In this document: piece after piece, positions 24,938-37,954 of the stretch
Position numbering within the stretch: the first letter of the stretch is position 1
Layout: each line of letters starts with the position of its first letter
Assembly: GCA_002633005.1 (NCBI GenBank)
Contig: NMRA01000028.1
Location: 186,001-250,000, forward strand
Length of the DNA stretch: 64,000 nucleotides
Direction: 5' to 3'
DNA from: Phoronis australis
Lineage: Eukaryota > Animalia > Phoronida
Notes under the pieces: generated by a model
Told to the model about the DNA's origin: nothing
The model's database searches: none
The model's input: only the letters and a program-made list of their open reading frames with translations
Made by a program: the position numbers and the translations under genes

Positions 24938-27641
24938 TACCTAAAGGCAGACCAAAACAATTTCAAACAAGAGCAACGCGGAGCGTTGAAATGCGCCCAC
25001 AATTGCACCGCATACGGTATCCTTCTAGGGTTGTTTATTGGTACCATAAAGTGGCCAGTAGAGGGCATACTTTGCAAAATGGAAAGGCATGGTCATTGTC
25101 TCCTCAATAGGCTAGGGGCAAAATGTGAGTAATCTTCATAATACAAGCACATCCTATACACCAGTTGCTTAAAGCACCACAGAAACATAGAATTAAAAAC
25201 ANNNNNNNNNNNNNNNNNNNNNNNNNNNNNNNNNNNNNNNNNNNNNNNNNNNNNNNNNNNNNNNNNNNNNNNNNNNNNNNNNNNNNNNNNNNNNNNNNNN
25301 NNNNNNNNNNNNNNNNNNNNNNNNNNNNNNNNNNNNNNNNNNNNNNNNNNNNNNNNNNNNNNNNNNNNNNNNNNNNNNNNNNNNNNNNNNNNNNNNNNNN
25401 NNNNNNNNNNNNNNNNNNNNNNNNNNNNNNNNNNNNNNNNNNNNNNNNNNNNNNNNNNNNNNNNNNNNNNNNNNNNNNNNNNNNNNNNNNNNNNNNNNNN
25501 NNNNNNNNNNNNNNNNNNNNNNNNNNNNNNNNNNNNNNNNNNNNNNNNNNNNNNNNNNNNNNNNNNNNNNNNNNNNNNNNNNNNNNNNNNNNNNNNNNNN
25601 NNNNNNNNNNNNNNNNNNNNNNNNNNNNNNNNNNNNNNNNNNNNNNNNNNNNNNNNNNNNNNNNNNNNNNNNGAAAACAGTAAAAATGGCCACTAGGTGG
25701 CGCAAACTATGTCGAATCCATCCGAAAACGGCAGGATAGCGTCATCTCACTACTAGGTGCCTACATACCAAATTTCATGAAAATCCGTTCAGGACTTTTG
25801 AAGATACAAAGGTAAGCGTAAAAAACTAAAATTGCCACTAGGGGGCACACCGGTAGTCGGATCCGTCCGAAAGTTCGCACATGCCGTCCCATTCATGAAT
25901 GGAACATATGTGCCAAATTTCATGAACGTATGTCAAAGGGTTTTGGAGATAGAGCAGCGGACGCCGGACGCCGGACGCCGGACGGACGCCGCCCGGACGG
26001 ACGGACGGACGGACGGACGGACGGACGGACGGACGGACGGACGGACAGAGATGACGGCATAATGCGTCCACATATAAATATGTGGGCGCATAATAATACA
26101 TGAATATTTGGCATAGCATCTTTCAGAGAGCCTGGATTTGAGAGTCATCTGACAAAACTATACATGAGATTTGATAAAAAATGAAGGAGAATAGTGAGAT
26201 ACTCAGAATTTTACCGAATTTCAACCTTTATCAAAATAGACCACACACAAAACTTAACAACAAGAGCAACGCAGAGCGTTTAAATGCGTCCACGAATGCA
26301 TTCCAAATGGTGTGCTTTTAGGGTTGTTTATTTGTATCATAAAAATGGAAAATAGATGGCACAAAAACATACAATCCATCCAACAGGAACATGCCATATT
26401 TCATAAAAATCTGCCAAGGAACTTCAGAGAAACAAAGGAAAACAGAATAAAATGAAATTGCCACTGGTGGGCACAGTGTCCGTTGAATCTGCTTGAAAGT
26501 CGTCGTCTGTTGTTACCTTCATACAAATACACTTACTAAATTTAGTAAAGATCCTGCAGTGGGTTTAAGAGATACAACTATGGGCGCAAAAAAAATACCA
26601 CTAGGAGGCGCCACAGTAATCAGTCACCGTCATCAAAGGTCGTCTTCACACTGAGAACACATATGCCAATTTTCAAATGATTTGGTTGATACAGGGATGG
26701 ACACCAAAAATAAGATTTGAAAACAGCAAAAGTGGCCACTTAAGGTGGTGCAAAATACCTCGATTCCATCCAAAAACAGGCAGATAGCATCATCACACTA
26801 ATAGATGCCTATATGGAAATCTGTTGAGGACCTTTGAAGATACTGAGTTAAACACAAAAACTAAAATTGACACTAGGGGGCACAGCAGTAGTCAGATCTG
26901 TCTGAAAGTCGTCGTCATCCGTATTCAACATCACATAAATACACTTGCTAAATTAAGTAAAGATCCTGCGAACGGTTTAGGAGATACAGCCATAGGCGCA
27001 ACAAAAACAAAACTGCCACTAGGTGGCATCACAGTAGTCAAAACCATCAGAAAATCATCGTCAACTGTCCTCTGTGTAGTAAGCACATACATTATGCAAA
27101 TGAAATTACTTTCGCGTAATCGCCACAGTGCCACGCTTTGTATTTGGATTAATAGCTAATTAATAAGACCGATGATGAGACCGTTGTGTTACCAAGTCGA
27201 ATCCCGGGTTCAGGGATTCAATTTCTTTCTGCGAATCTGCGGCCCACTTACCTTCCTCTCGGCACCCCGACCTTTGCTATGCCATGCGCCCGAATTGGCA
27301 AAACAATAAAGTCATCGTCGTCCGTTGTCACCTTCATATAAATATATAAATTGCTAAATTTGTTGAATGCACGACACTTTTCATTGTTCACGGTCTTTAT
27401 TCCGTTGCGTTCATACTTTCTGAACAAAACTCTACTCTCTACTGAACATAGATACAGTAACTGACCTAGCGACATAATTAAAAGACACACGATATTTCGA
27501 AACATACTTGTTTCATTCTCAAGTGAAGATAAAATGACGCAGTAATGCCACCACAGGGTATAAGCTGACGACACACACAGTGAGACACGGCGGGTGTGAA
27601 ATACTGCAAAGAATGACTAATGAATTGGGGTAACAGGAAAG

Positions 27642-28203
27642 TCACGCAAACAAGTGTAACGTGCGGCGCGACCCTGTTTGCTGCTCATTCAAAATAGGCT
27701 TCTCAAAAGCAATTAAAAGGGACTCTAATACTTTCAAACGCAGCACATCTTGCTCCACGTAGCGAATTGACGTGTTTTCCACAATTTCTTGACGGGTGAT
27801 TTTACGTGCGTGGTATTGCAGAAAATGATCTTGAATGGCGCCATTTTGAAGATGCATGGATAACCGACGGGAAAGACTGCAAACCGTTTGACCAATGTAA
27901 CATTGTTTGACGTTTGAACGAAGACATTCGTTCATAGGGCATACAAATTCATAAACAACACTACACTGTGCAACGGGGCGGACTTTCGCTTTAGAAATGT
28001 TATTTTTCATGACCAAGTTGGAGGACTTCCTATTCCGATAATAAATAATAACATCAAGGTAATCATCAGGCTTACAAACTTTAACGTTGTCCCTTATGAT
28101 TTTCTTAATAGCGTGTTCGTCCTGGAGGTAATTATTAGACATGACATTTTTGTAAAATATCTTTTTGGTGACACCAGTCCGACGTGCAGGGACTTCATAG
28201 CTA
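27642..28203 (-). CDS. C-terminus of Penelope-like polyprotein: linker + GIY-YIG endonuclease (5' part lost in gap)
   Basis: VVYEFVCPMNEC...CYIGQT..LSRRLSMH...GAIQDH...LKVLESLLI....P.LN.Q. Frame open for ~185 codons. The plus-strand copy has a CAG>TAG stop at ~28576. Confidence 0.85.
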
Positions 28204-28733
28204 NNNNNNNNNNNNNNNNNNNNNNNNNNNNNNNNNNNNNNNNNNNNNNNNNNNNNNNNNNNNNNNNNNNNNNNNNNNNNNNNNNNNNNNNNNNNNNNNN
28301 NNNNNNNNNNNNNNNNNNNNNNNNNNNNNNNNNNNNNNNNNNNNNNNNNNNNNNNNNNNNNNNNNNNNNNNNNNNNNNNNNNNNNNNNNNNNNNNNNNNN
28401 NNNNNNNNNNNNNNNNNNNNCCATTCAAGATCATTTTCTGCAATACCACGCACGTAAAATCACCCGTCAAGAAATTGTGGAAAACACGTCAATTCGCTAC
28501 GTGGAGCAAGATGTGCTGCGTTTGAAAGTATTAGAGTCCCTTTTAATTGCTTTTGAGAAGCCTATTTTGAATGAGTAGCAAACAGGGTCGCGCCGCACGT
28601 TACACTTGTTTGCGTGACTTTCCTGTTACCCCACTTCATTAGTCATTCTCTGCAGTATTTCACACCCGCCGTGTCTCACTGTGTGTGTCGTCAGCTTATA
28701 CCCTGTGGTGGCATTACTGCGTCATTTTATCTT

Positions 28734-28771
28734 CACTTGAGAATGAAACAAGTATGTTTCGAAATATCGTG
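28734..28771 (+). ncRNA. Minimal hammerhead-ribozyme-like motif in Penelope terminal repeat (second copy 27488-27525, minus)
   Basis: CAC-TTGAGAAT-[GAAACA agta TGTTTC]-GAAA-TATC-GTG: stem I, 6-bp stem II, GAAA core and short palindromic stem III. The CUGANGA box is a variant. Confidence 0.55.
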
Positions 28772-30563
28772 TGTCTTTTAATTATGTCGCTAGGTCAGTT
28801 ACTGTATCTATGTTCAGTAGAGAGTAGAGTTTTGATCAGAAAGTATGAACGCAACGGAATAAAGACCGTGAACAATGAAAAGTGTTGTGCATTCAACAAA
28901 TTCTGTATAACAGAAAACTTGCTCCCGAAGTAGTCATTGCTAAATTTAATAAAGATCTTGTAGAACGTTTAGGAGATACAGCCTTGGGCACAAAAACAAA
29001 CAAAACTGCCACTAGGAGGCGCCACAGTAGTCCAAGTTATCGGAAAATCATCGTCAACAGTCTTCCTCATAGTAAGAACATACATGCCAATTTTCGCAAT
29101 CATTTTTAAAGTGGTTTGGTTGTTAGAGGGGCAGACGCGAAAAAAAACTACTCAAAAACAGTAATAATGGCCACTACATGGTGCAAAATGCCTCGAATCA
29201 TCCGAAAACAAGACGATATCGTCAACTCATTATTAATAGATGCCTATGTACTAAATTTCACAAAAATCGATTGAAGACCTTTGAAGATACAGAGGCAAAC
29301 GTAAAAAATCAAAATTGCCACCAGGGGGCACAGTGGTATTCGGGTTGGTCCGAAATTTGTCGCCCTCTGTCGTCAACCCCATAGGAACAAACTTGCCGAA
29401 TTTCAATAAGATCCTGCAAGGGGTTTAGGAGATACAGCCGCGGATGCTGGACGCCCGGACGCCAAGACAGATACGATAGCAATATGCGACCAATATGTGG
29501 GCGCATAAAAACAAAATTACCAACGCCAGGGGGTAGGGTGGGGGGGGGGCACTACAGTATAGAGACTAGTCTTAAAACCAATGTCAGCTGTACTACTTAC
29601 TCTCAATCTGGGCACATCTGCCAAATTTCATAGTGATACTTCAAGCAGTATGGTGAATAGAGAGATGGATTCCAAATATAGTCTTACAATAATAGTAATG
29701 TGGGTGCATAAAAATGGCGGCACAGAATATGTGGAATAAGTTGGATAATGGGAAGGTGTCGTCACCTTTGAACAGACATCTTGTCGCCAAATAGCATGAA
29801 AACCTGTTAGAATCCATCCCAATATTTGCTAAAGCTATCCTGGTAATCTGTGATGAAAGTTCTGTAAAATTTTCACAACCGTCTTTCCATAAAATGGTTT
29901 TAGAGATATAGCATGATGTCAGATGGAAGGACTGCGGACAGAGAAACGTTGATCAAGGCAATAAGCATCCACATGTATAAATGGAGGCATGAAAACTATG
30001 AATTAAAACCAAATTCTACCAATTTTATCTTGAACATTAATGATAGACATGTTCACAACTTAAAATTACCTGTAAAAACCATTATCAACAATGCAAGCAG
30101 CAAGATGTTCCAAATATTTTGTAACGATGAACATAACATGAAAAATGGAAAAATTAACATAAAAAAATTCATTACTGATTTATTAGTGAATAATAGTAAA
30201 CTGATCGTGACTCAACAGGAAAAAAGTGGAGAGAAGAGAACAGATTTCCTGATCTTAAGTGCTGCCACCTATCAGAGAGCAATGAGGTCCTTCAAACACT
30301 TTTATCACTGCTGGATGCCAATGTAAACAAATTCAGGAAAAACTAGGACTCAAACCAGTTTCCTACCAATTAAATTGCATACCATTGTTACACATTTGAC
30401 ATGTTAAGCTACATATATCAAAACATTTCAATCTTCAAAAATAAGAACACCAATTATGTTAAAAAATTTCAATCATTACAAATATCTTTTCCGTGAGTTT
30501 CAACTCCAGTCTACACCAGTTTCCAACAACAGATGTCGCAGGATTATTAGTCTTCTTACATAC

Positions 30564-31427
30564 CATATGTTGGTCATCGTTAGCAAAACGTCCCGGGTTC
30601 AGGGCCCGGTTAAGACAGAGATCTTTTCAATAGGTCATGTGTATTAAGACTAAAATTCTTACTTATACCCTATCAACACGTTGATTCATAACAGCACAAT
30701 TAATTGATTTTATAATAAAGTAACTAAATCAACATTTGTTTTTGACAGAAGGCATGTTTTTATTTCACCTTAACCTGTAAGCTGTAGGAGCATTATTAAA
30801 AATGCACTTTTAGTTCCTTATTTTGTTTATAGATGGCATTACAAATCAGTTCCTTTATGACGTGTCAACTGCTTTACATTAATAGATTTATTGGTTTCCG
30901 TAAAATTCTAATGGTCCTCGATACTAGTAACCCTTTATCAAGCATCTCAATATAAAAACATGAGATAAACTAAGGGGACCTCAAGCTGAGTTAGATCTCA
31001 GCACAAACCCATGGCATAACTCAGAGGGCAGCCATGAGGCAAGTAGACATTCTCTTCATGCAAGATCATCAGTTTAGGTATGACAGTGACTTAAAATATC
31101 TTTTACTGAATTAGAACCTTTTGCACAAACAAAACTGTCAAGCCTAGTGGGCGAAAACTCAAAAGCATTGCATTTTACAAATAATTGGGCGCCCCCCCCC
31201 ACCCCCCCCAACTTGCACACAGTAACAAGAATACTCATTACTAGCTCTGTAATGGAGTTTGTGTATTTTGCTGATTGACTGGTCATCAAAATGTGGCTAA
31301 CATTCATTTCCACACAAACCTATTACTGATTCTGCCCAGCAACTCTGACCAGAGCCTTACAATTGTTTATGACTTTCCATGCTGGGTGTGTAATGAACCA
31401 CAGATAATGAAGTTCTGGAATTGTGCT
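30564..31427 (-). CDS. Gene A tentative exons 7-8 (31427-31361 STIPELHYLWFITHPAWKVINN; 30622-30564 YLCLNRALNPGRFANDDQHM)
   Basis: Phase-compatible (0 to 1, then 1 to 0) with donors gtaagg and gtatgt. The second acceptor is a weak AAG. No homology recognised. Confidence 0.3.
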
Positions 31428-31811
31428 CTGAAAATTACCACCAGTGACACGAGAATGCTCTGAGTACATTTTAGAAGTGAAGTAAGCTTTTGAGTAAAGG
31501 AAAATGTTAATTTTGACAATAAATTTCAGTAAACTGCTGTTGAAATTCGAAGATTGTTGCAATTCTTCACCTAGTTAGCACACACTTGTGAAATTCAATT
31601 TTCTCCAAAAAAATAAAGACCAAGAAAATATTTAGTATTATATTACAAGCATTGTTTGTACTGCGTGGATGTCAAAGAGCAAAATGTTTCCATCAAGGTA
31701 TGGGCATTAAAAACATGTCTAAACTGGTTATTTTGGCAATTAGATTTTGTGAAACAGGTGAAGAATGACTGTAATCTTCATATCAAACTCAGGCAAATAA
31801 CACATAATTAC

Positions 31812-31916
31812 CTTTTTCTTTGTGGGTTTATAATTCTGTATGAACTTCAATTCACAGTCCTGGCAAGGCATGGCATCTGTTCGTATTTCACCTTCGTAGA
31901 AACCACACTTGGAACA
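31812..31916 (-). CDS. Gene A exon 6: CSKCGFYEGEIRTDAMPCQDCELKFIQNYKPTKKK (CxxC...CxxC, putative zinc ribbon)
   Basis: Acceptor attctttag, donor AAG|gtaatt. 105 bp, phase 0 to 0, in frame with exon 5. Confidence 0.7.
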
Positions 31917-32048
31917 CTAAAGAATGGATTGAGAACAGAATGTCCACAATAGGCACCCAGATATGGTGTGTAAACGCATGACAAGAGTGTTTAAAGTGGT
32001 GCAGAACAAGATGAATCTAGCTGTCCCAAGCTGGAAAGTGTTTTGCAT

Positions 32049-32571
32049 TACAGTGTTCTCCCATTGAGACCAACTTGTTTGATTGTATAGCACAACAACA
32101 AGTTGGGCGGATGACCACTGTAGCTAATATCTTAAGTCCATTCTGGCATTTATGGTTGAAGGGTCAGCTCTCTTACTTTGATAACTGCTCTAATCTCTGA
32201 TAAGATCTATCTAACCTGACTGGGCTCTGCTGTTAAAAATAAAAGTTAATTTATAAAATGTTTGAACAAAAACCAATAACATTTCTGAATTCCTTGTCAA
32301 ATGGTGATCATGTTTAGTTTTTGAATCACCAAAATCGACCAACTACAACCGAAGTTAAGACAGTCTATTCTGACCCTGTACATACCAATGCACCCACCCG
32401 GATTTGACTGTGTTCACATGTGGTCAGTAATAAGCCTGGGAGATAATTGGCCTGCATGCTGTCATACCAGACAAAAGACTGTGCTAGGCAGTTAACAAAG
32501 GAGCTGGATGTTATCACAGGCTCACAACCACTCTATGTCTGGTAAAGTCATTGAACAGGAGACCTGCCATA
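32049..32571 (-). mobile_element. 500-bp MITE, AT-flanked family, copy 3
   Basis: AT|TACAGTGTTCTCCCATT ... AACAGGAGACCTGCCATA|AT. Colinear with 11782-12299. Confidence 0.75.
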
Positions 32572-32599
32572 ATGTCTCTATAATTGCAACCTTTTAATT

Positions 32600-34640
32600 T
32601 GACTGTCAATTAATTTCATGAAAAATTGTCAAGGAACTGTAAGATAGGAAGTTAAATGTAATGTACAAGAATTGCCACCAGAGGACACAATGGTAGTCAC
32701 TTTTAGACGTTGTCACGGTCATAGGAAAACATTTGACAAATTTCACAAAATCCTGCCACAGATGTTAACAAAAAATTGCCTCTAGGGGACACCCTGAGTA
32801 ATCAAACAGGCCTAAAAAGAATGTAAGGAATGCTAAACTTCATAATGATCCTTTGAGTGCAAGGTTTGCCTCATAGAGGGGTGGACATCAACAAACAGTC
32901 AAGAAAGCAATAAAAATAGCAACTAATTAGCACAGAATACATCAAATCTGTCTGAAAATCTACTGAAAAGCATCATCGTCTTATATCTGCCAAACTCAAG
33001 GAATTCCAAACATAAAAATATAATGGTTGGGGCACTGGAGAACTCGAATCAATCAGAAACTCACTGTCATCCATTCTAAGATTCATTGGAACATGATCTT
33101 AGTATCAGATAAATTTCACAAAGATTCCGTAAGATACAGTCATCGACGCAAATAAAATCGGCACGAGGGGATGACGTAGTATATGGACCTTTCCAAAAAT
33201 CAACATCACTCCTGGTATTTTCATCAGGAATACATCTGCCAATTGTCATTATGATCCCAGTGTTTCTCCAGTGGATGCAGAACACGTGGGTATGGGAAGT
33301 GGGATCCCCCACTCTTTGGGGGATTTCAGTGGAAGGCCTCCCCACAAATTTGAAGGAAAGGGGAAAAATGGTTAAGTTTAACAAGGAGAAAAGTTCAAAA
33401 TCCGATTTTAAACTATTATTTGACATGTTTGATTTACAAACATTGGCAGTAGCTGTGTAACCTGTGCATTGCGTATTCATTTTTACTAGCGATTTTGATG
33501 TGGCGTTGAAGTTTTCTCCGCCAGGATTAGGCATGTGGCGGTCAATTCGGGCAAGATTAAGAGTGGTGGGGGCCAAAAAGAACCATGGCAGGCTACTTAG
33601 ATTCTTACACACAGGGGAAACACTGTGATCCTTTGAGTGATTTGGTGGAAAGAGTGGTGGACGCCAAAAAAAGAAAAATAGCATACAATATAATTGACCA
33701 CTAGGTAGCGCAGAATACATAAAATCTGTTCGCAAAATGGAAAGGCATAGCTCTGTGAATTTGCATATGTGGTCCTCTGAGCAGTTTGGAGAATAAGTGG
33801 CAGACTGCAAAAAACAAACTGAAAAGTAACAAAAATGGCTACCATGTAGCCTTAAAATATGTCAAATCCATCCCAAAATTAAACAGTGTTGTCATATTCA
33901 TAACAAAAATTGTTTGCCAAATTTCATGAAAAGCTATCACGGAAGTCTGAAGATACAGAGGCAAATGTAAAAAATAGAATTACCACAAGGGGGCACTATG
34001 GTACAAGCTGTGAATAATTTGCTTACAGGGAAAACACATGTTTTTAAAGATATGCGGGAACTTTCAGCCTTGTTCGGAGCAGCTTGCACCACGATCAAAG
34101 CGAGCGCGGCGCCAGAGTTGGACACAGTTGTGTTGACCGCATTGTGCATTGTTGAGCAAGACCCAATTAAATGTAATTACGTGGCCATAAACTGTAGTAA
34201 CACCTCTGTCTGTACATACTGGCGAATTTTCAAAATGCATAAACCAATAATTTTTGTTAAAAATGAACATTACGGCAGTGGCTGGAAAAAGCAAAATAGC
34301 ATGGTTTTCAAATTTTTAAATATCAATACAAACATTGGTTAGTGAATGAAGATATGAAGATAAACAACTGGATTTTGGGAGATACAGTACCAGATACTAC
34401 ACAGCAGACACAGGGATGCCCAGACAGAGATGATAGCAATATGCTAACACATGCGTTATTTGGGCGCATGAAAATTGCCACTGGGGGCACACGAGTAGTC
34501 GTATTGGTCCAAAACACATCATTGGCTCGATATGAAGACATCTAACAAATCTCATTGAGATCCTGCAAGGGGTTTAGGAGATACAGCAGTGTACGCCAGA
34601 ATGCTGGACACCCAGACCCAGATGAACGCAATATATATAT
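32600..34640 (+). repeat. Degenerate HINE-like satellite array
   Basis: Monomers aaattgccac(c/t)ag(g/a)ggg..., gatcctgcaaggggtttaggagatacag. End motif atatgtgggcgtacaa. Confidence 0.55.
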
Positions 34641-34670
34641 AGATATGTGGGCGTACAAAAATTAACCCAC

Positions 34671-34880
34671 CCGCAACTGACTGCCATTCTTTTGGGCTTT
34701 CATCTTCTTTTCCAACATGTCGTCCAAGAAGGAACTCTTTCTGGATCCTGTCTCCTTTGAACTTCCGGCTTTCATAGGCTCTTTATTAGCCTTCTTCAGA
34801 CTGTGATTGAAGTTGACTTTTTTGATGTCTGAAGCTTCAGGTTTGGTAACCTTTGACCTATGACTGCTAGATGGAGAGGG
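34671..34880 (-). CDS. Gene A exon 5: PSPSSSHRSKVTKPEASDIKKV...SSFLDDMLEKKMKAQKNGSQLR
   Basis: Acceptor ttcttttcag, donor CGG|gtgggt. 210 bp = 70 open codons with coding-like composition, phase 0 to 0. Confidence 0.75.
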
Positions 34881-35929
34881 CTGAAAAGAAATATAAGCTT
34901 AAAAATATTATGATTTACAAACTTATTTACTGGAAATTCAAATTCAATTGCAAGGATCAAAACATGGCAACAAAAAACAAAAAGTGATGTCATCTTCACC
35001 AAGCCTGGTGGACGAAAACTCAAAAGCAAAGCGCACATAATAAAACTTACTAACTTTCAAAATAGACGCACCATATTGAAATTCACTAACCCGCCATACA
35101 GTAATCAGGTCTTTGGATAGTGCCACCTACAGATACCCCGTTATGCAGACGGTAGGTTTCAACCTACTGGTATAAAGAGTGTTTTAACACATTTCCTGGC
35201 ATCATAATGCCAGCAAATTTCCACTGCTGTGCAGTGGGTTACACTAATGCCTTACAGAAACCTTATGAAATATCAATGGATGAACAACTGAGGACATCAT
35301 GTTCCATACATTTCCAATTGCACCAAAATATCCGCTACAAAGCAAGTAGCTGCGGCTGATAAAGCAGGGAAATTTTGTTCCCACCCTGTGTCAAAAAGCT
35401 AAAATATGTTAGTGAAGATAAACTAATCAAACAATGGGAGGGACTGACAGCGGAGTGTATTCCTTTGCTTTTACATTAATGAACCACCAAGTAGTAATTG
35501 AACTTCTGCCCAACATTAATCTGAGTCGGGATCAATCGGAAGTCTGCACTTTCATGCACTCATTTCCGTAGAGTCCACTAATAAAACTGTGTAGCTCTAT
35601 ATTTGAGTTTGCATATTCTGTTGACTGTGAGTCATAATACTTTGGCAATAAATCCATTCATTTACACAGAAACCAATTAACCCTATCTGGGCTAAGCTAC
35701 AATGGTTTGTGGATTTCTGATGCTGCTTGTGAAAATGAACCACTGTTAATTAGGTGTGAAAATTTTGATAGGAAAATTACAAGCAGTCACTGTGAAATGA
35801 TATTCTGTTATATCACCCATTACATTCATATTTCCTTTAGTCAAGTTTATCCATCTTCCTCCCATAGAAGTTGCATCCCACACTGTGCAGTAATACGTCA
35901 TTGGTGTTGGAAGGACAAATAGAGTAATG

Positions 35930-36535
35930 CAGCGGAACAAAACTATCAAAGAATACAACAACAAATAACATGTGGAACTCCAATGTCATGCTCAAAGGTG
36001 CTCGAAGAATATTGCAGCATTGTCGGTAAATACAGCCAGATTTGAGTTTCGTCATCTCGATGAATAGTCATGCTCATATGAATACACTTGCCAAAGCACA
36101 TGAAAAACCTGTAAAGGGTTAAGGAGATACAGCCATAGATGCAAAAAAACAAAATGACCACTAGGAGATGCCACAGTATTTGGACCTGTTTGAAAATCAC
36201 AGTCAGCTGTCACTCTTTCAGGAGAAGCACATCTGTAAATTTTCATAATTATCCTTCAAGTGGTTTGACAGACAGAGAGCCAGATGTCACTAGGGGGTAC
36301 AGATTTTGTCAAGTCCATTTGACTTGAGAATTATAAAAGTAGTCACAAGTTGACGCAGAATACGTCGAACCTGTCCAAAAATGGAAAGGCATCGTTACCT
36401 TAGGTAGTCGGATTGGTCCAAAACTCATGCTCATCCGCCATCAGCTCCATTCATCCGATGCTGGAAGCCGGACACTCGGCACCCGAACAGAGATAACAGC
36501 AATATGTACCCATATAACTATATGTGGGCATAAAA
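35930..36535 (+). repeat. Degenerate HINE-like satellite array
   Basis: Same monomer motifs, ends atatgtgggcataa. Confidence 0.5.
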
Positions 36536-37117
36536 AACCACCCGCAGATAGTAGCTGTTGGTAAATGTAAATTTTTTGTTTGTGGTTGTTGAGTTGTTTA
36601 ACAGCAAAATTGCTCAAAGGCAGGTTAAATCTTATCAATATTGCGGTTTGCAAACTATAGTGTGTTTGGCTGACTGTTCAACATTCCGGTGCATACAATG
36701 ACAAGAGGTGACAAGCCAATTTTTAAAGCCTGGACTCCAGCAATTATGGTCGGTTCTTTAGAAGCCCTGAAATCATTGCCAATTAGACTGACGGACAATT
36801 TGAGACCAATTTTATACTAAGTGGTCTCTGTTTGCTATATATTCAAGTTGTGCAATGGATAACAATATGACACCACACAAAAAATCATCACAATTTCCCA
36901 ACCCTTTATATTTTAAAGTACCGTAAGCACATATGAGCTCTATCAAGCCACCTTAACATTGTTACAGAAAATGGACACTTAGCTTCACAGTATATTTTCC
37001 GCATGTTGCAATGAAGCTCTTAGACATAGAAACACTGATGAGTTGTAACACAAAGGTAAGGGGCATAAAGCACTAATCGTGAACAATCATGGCAACAAAT
37101 GCGACCCTGGTATTTAC

Positions 37118-37169
37118 CTCAGAAGAAATATCAGCAGCTTTGTTTTCAGTAACTTTAGCTTTCTTTTCA
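37118..37169 (-). CDS. Gene A exon 4: (S)EKKAKVTENKAADISSE
   Basis: Acceptor cttttacattttcag, donor GAG|gtaaat. 52 bp, phase 2 to 0. Confidence 0.65.
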
Positions 37170-37905
37170 CTGAAAATGTAAAAGTGTAATAGTATGTTAA
37201 ATAAGAGCAGGGAGTAAAAGTTTGTTTGGAACCAAACATGTTTTAAACAAAAAAACAAATAAACTTCGTTGGTATGATCATCGATTATCAAAAATATTCA
37301 GCTGGCGTTTTTCAAAGAGGAATACATGCTCAAAATCTGTAACACTTAAAGTCCATAAGAAGTGATTATTTTCACTCCCTAAGAATATGTAGAATATTTG
37401 TAAAACCATACCAGTTAGCATTCCTTATCTTGGGCTTGGAGGGGATAACTAGTCCCCATAGTGGCTTAGAATTTTGTGAATGGTTGTAAATCATAGGTGT
37501 ACTTGACACACGCTAGGCCAAATTGACTTGTAAGGTCAGTGAAAGCTGTTCTTTGTGAACTCCTGTCATACAATAGCACCAATAGGCCTATGTAAGTAAA
37601 AACAGCTTAACGAAAGGTTTGTGGTCCCGGCTGAGGAGAGAATTGCTTTATTAACCCTTGTGGATCAGTGAATAGCCAAGCCCAGGATGATGACTACTAT
37701 AGTCAATACTCTGGGATCCATATCTCAGATTTTTTATTTAATTTATATCCAAATAACAGATATCAACTAGTCATCCAAGTACCTTTTCAAAACAGTTTCC
37801 AAAGCCTTCATTTTTAATGGCAGATATCTCTGATGTTAGAAGGAAATTTAAAAATCTGAGAAACATTTTTCTCAACGATGCATGAAAAGAATCCTAAGTT
37901 GACAC

Positions 37906-37954
37906 CTTAAGTGGTGGAGATTGGGCAACTTGACTGGTTTGTGCACCACAGATT
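37906..37954 (-). CDS. Gene A exon 3: (E)SVVHKPVKLPNLHHL
   Basis: Acceptor ctggcag, donor AAG|gtgtca. 49 bp, which gives the phase 1 to 2 shift needed between exons 2 and 4. Splice sites are only moderate. Confidence 0.45.

Larger units (their letters stand above)
27357..28935. mobile_element. Penelope-like retroelement (GIY-YIG, Naiad-like) with inverted arm
   Basis: Minus arm 27357-28203 and plus arm 28421-28902 are near-identical inverted copies across a gap. Flanked by a direct repeat attgctaaattt (27350-27361 / 28936-28947). Confidence 0.8.
24965..29510 (+). repeat. Helentron/HINE-like elements with internal ~140-bp satellite monomers and (GACG)n tract
   Basis: Starts aacaagagcaacgc (~24966, ~26258). 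(GGAC)n at ~25995-26046. Ends atatgtgggcgcataa (~26093, ~29508). Diverged monomers lie between. Family assignment is inferred from architecture. Confidence 0.65.

Noticed and set aside
25832-26148. PSVR/DGRT repeat ORFs
   Set aside because: Translation of the (GGAC)n microsatellite.
33076-33810. 244-aa minus-strand ORF
   Set aside because: Lies in degenerate satellite/repeat sequence within a gene A intron, with no recognisable domain.
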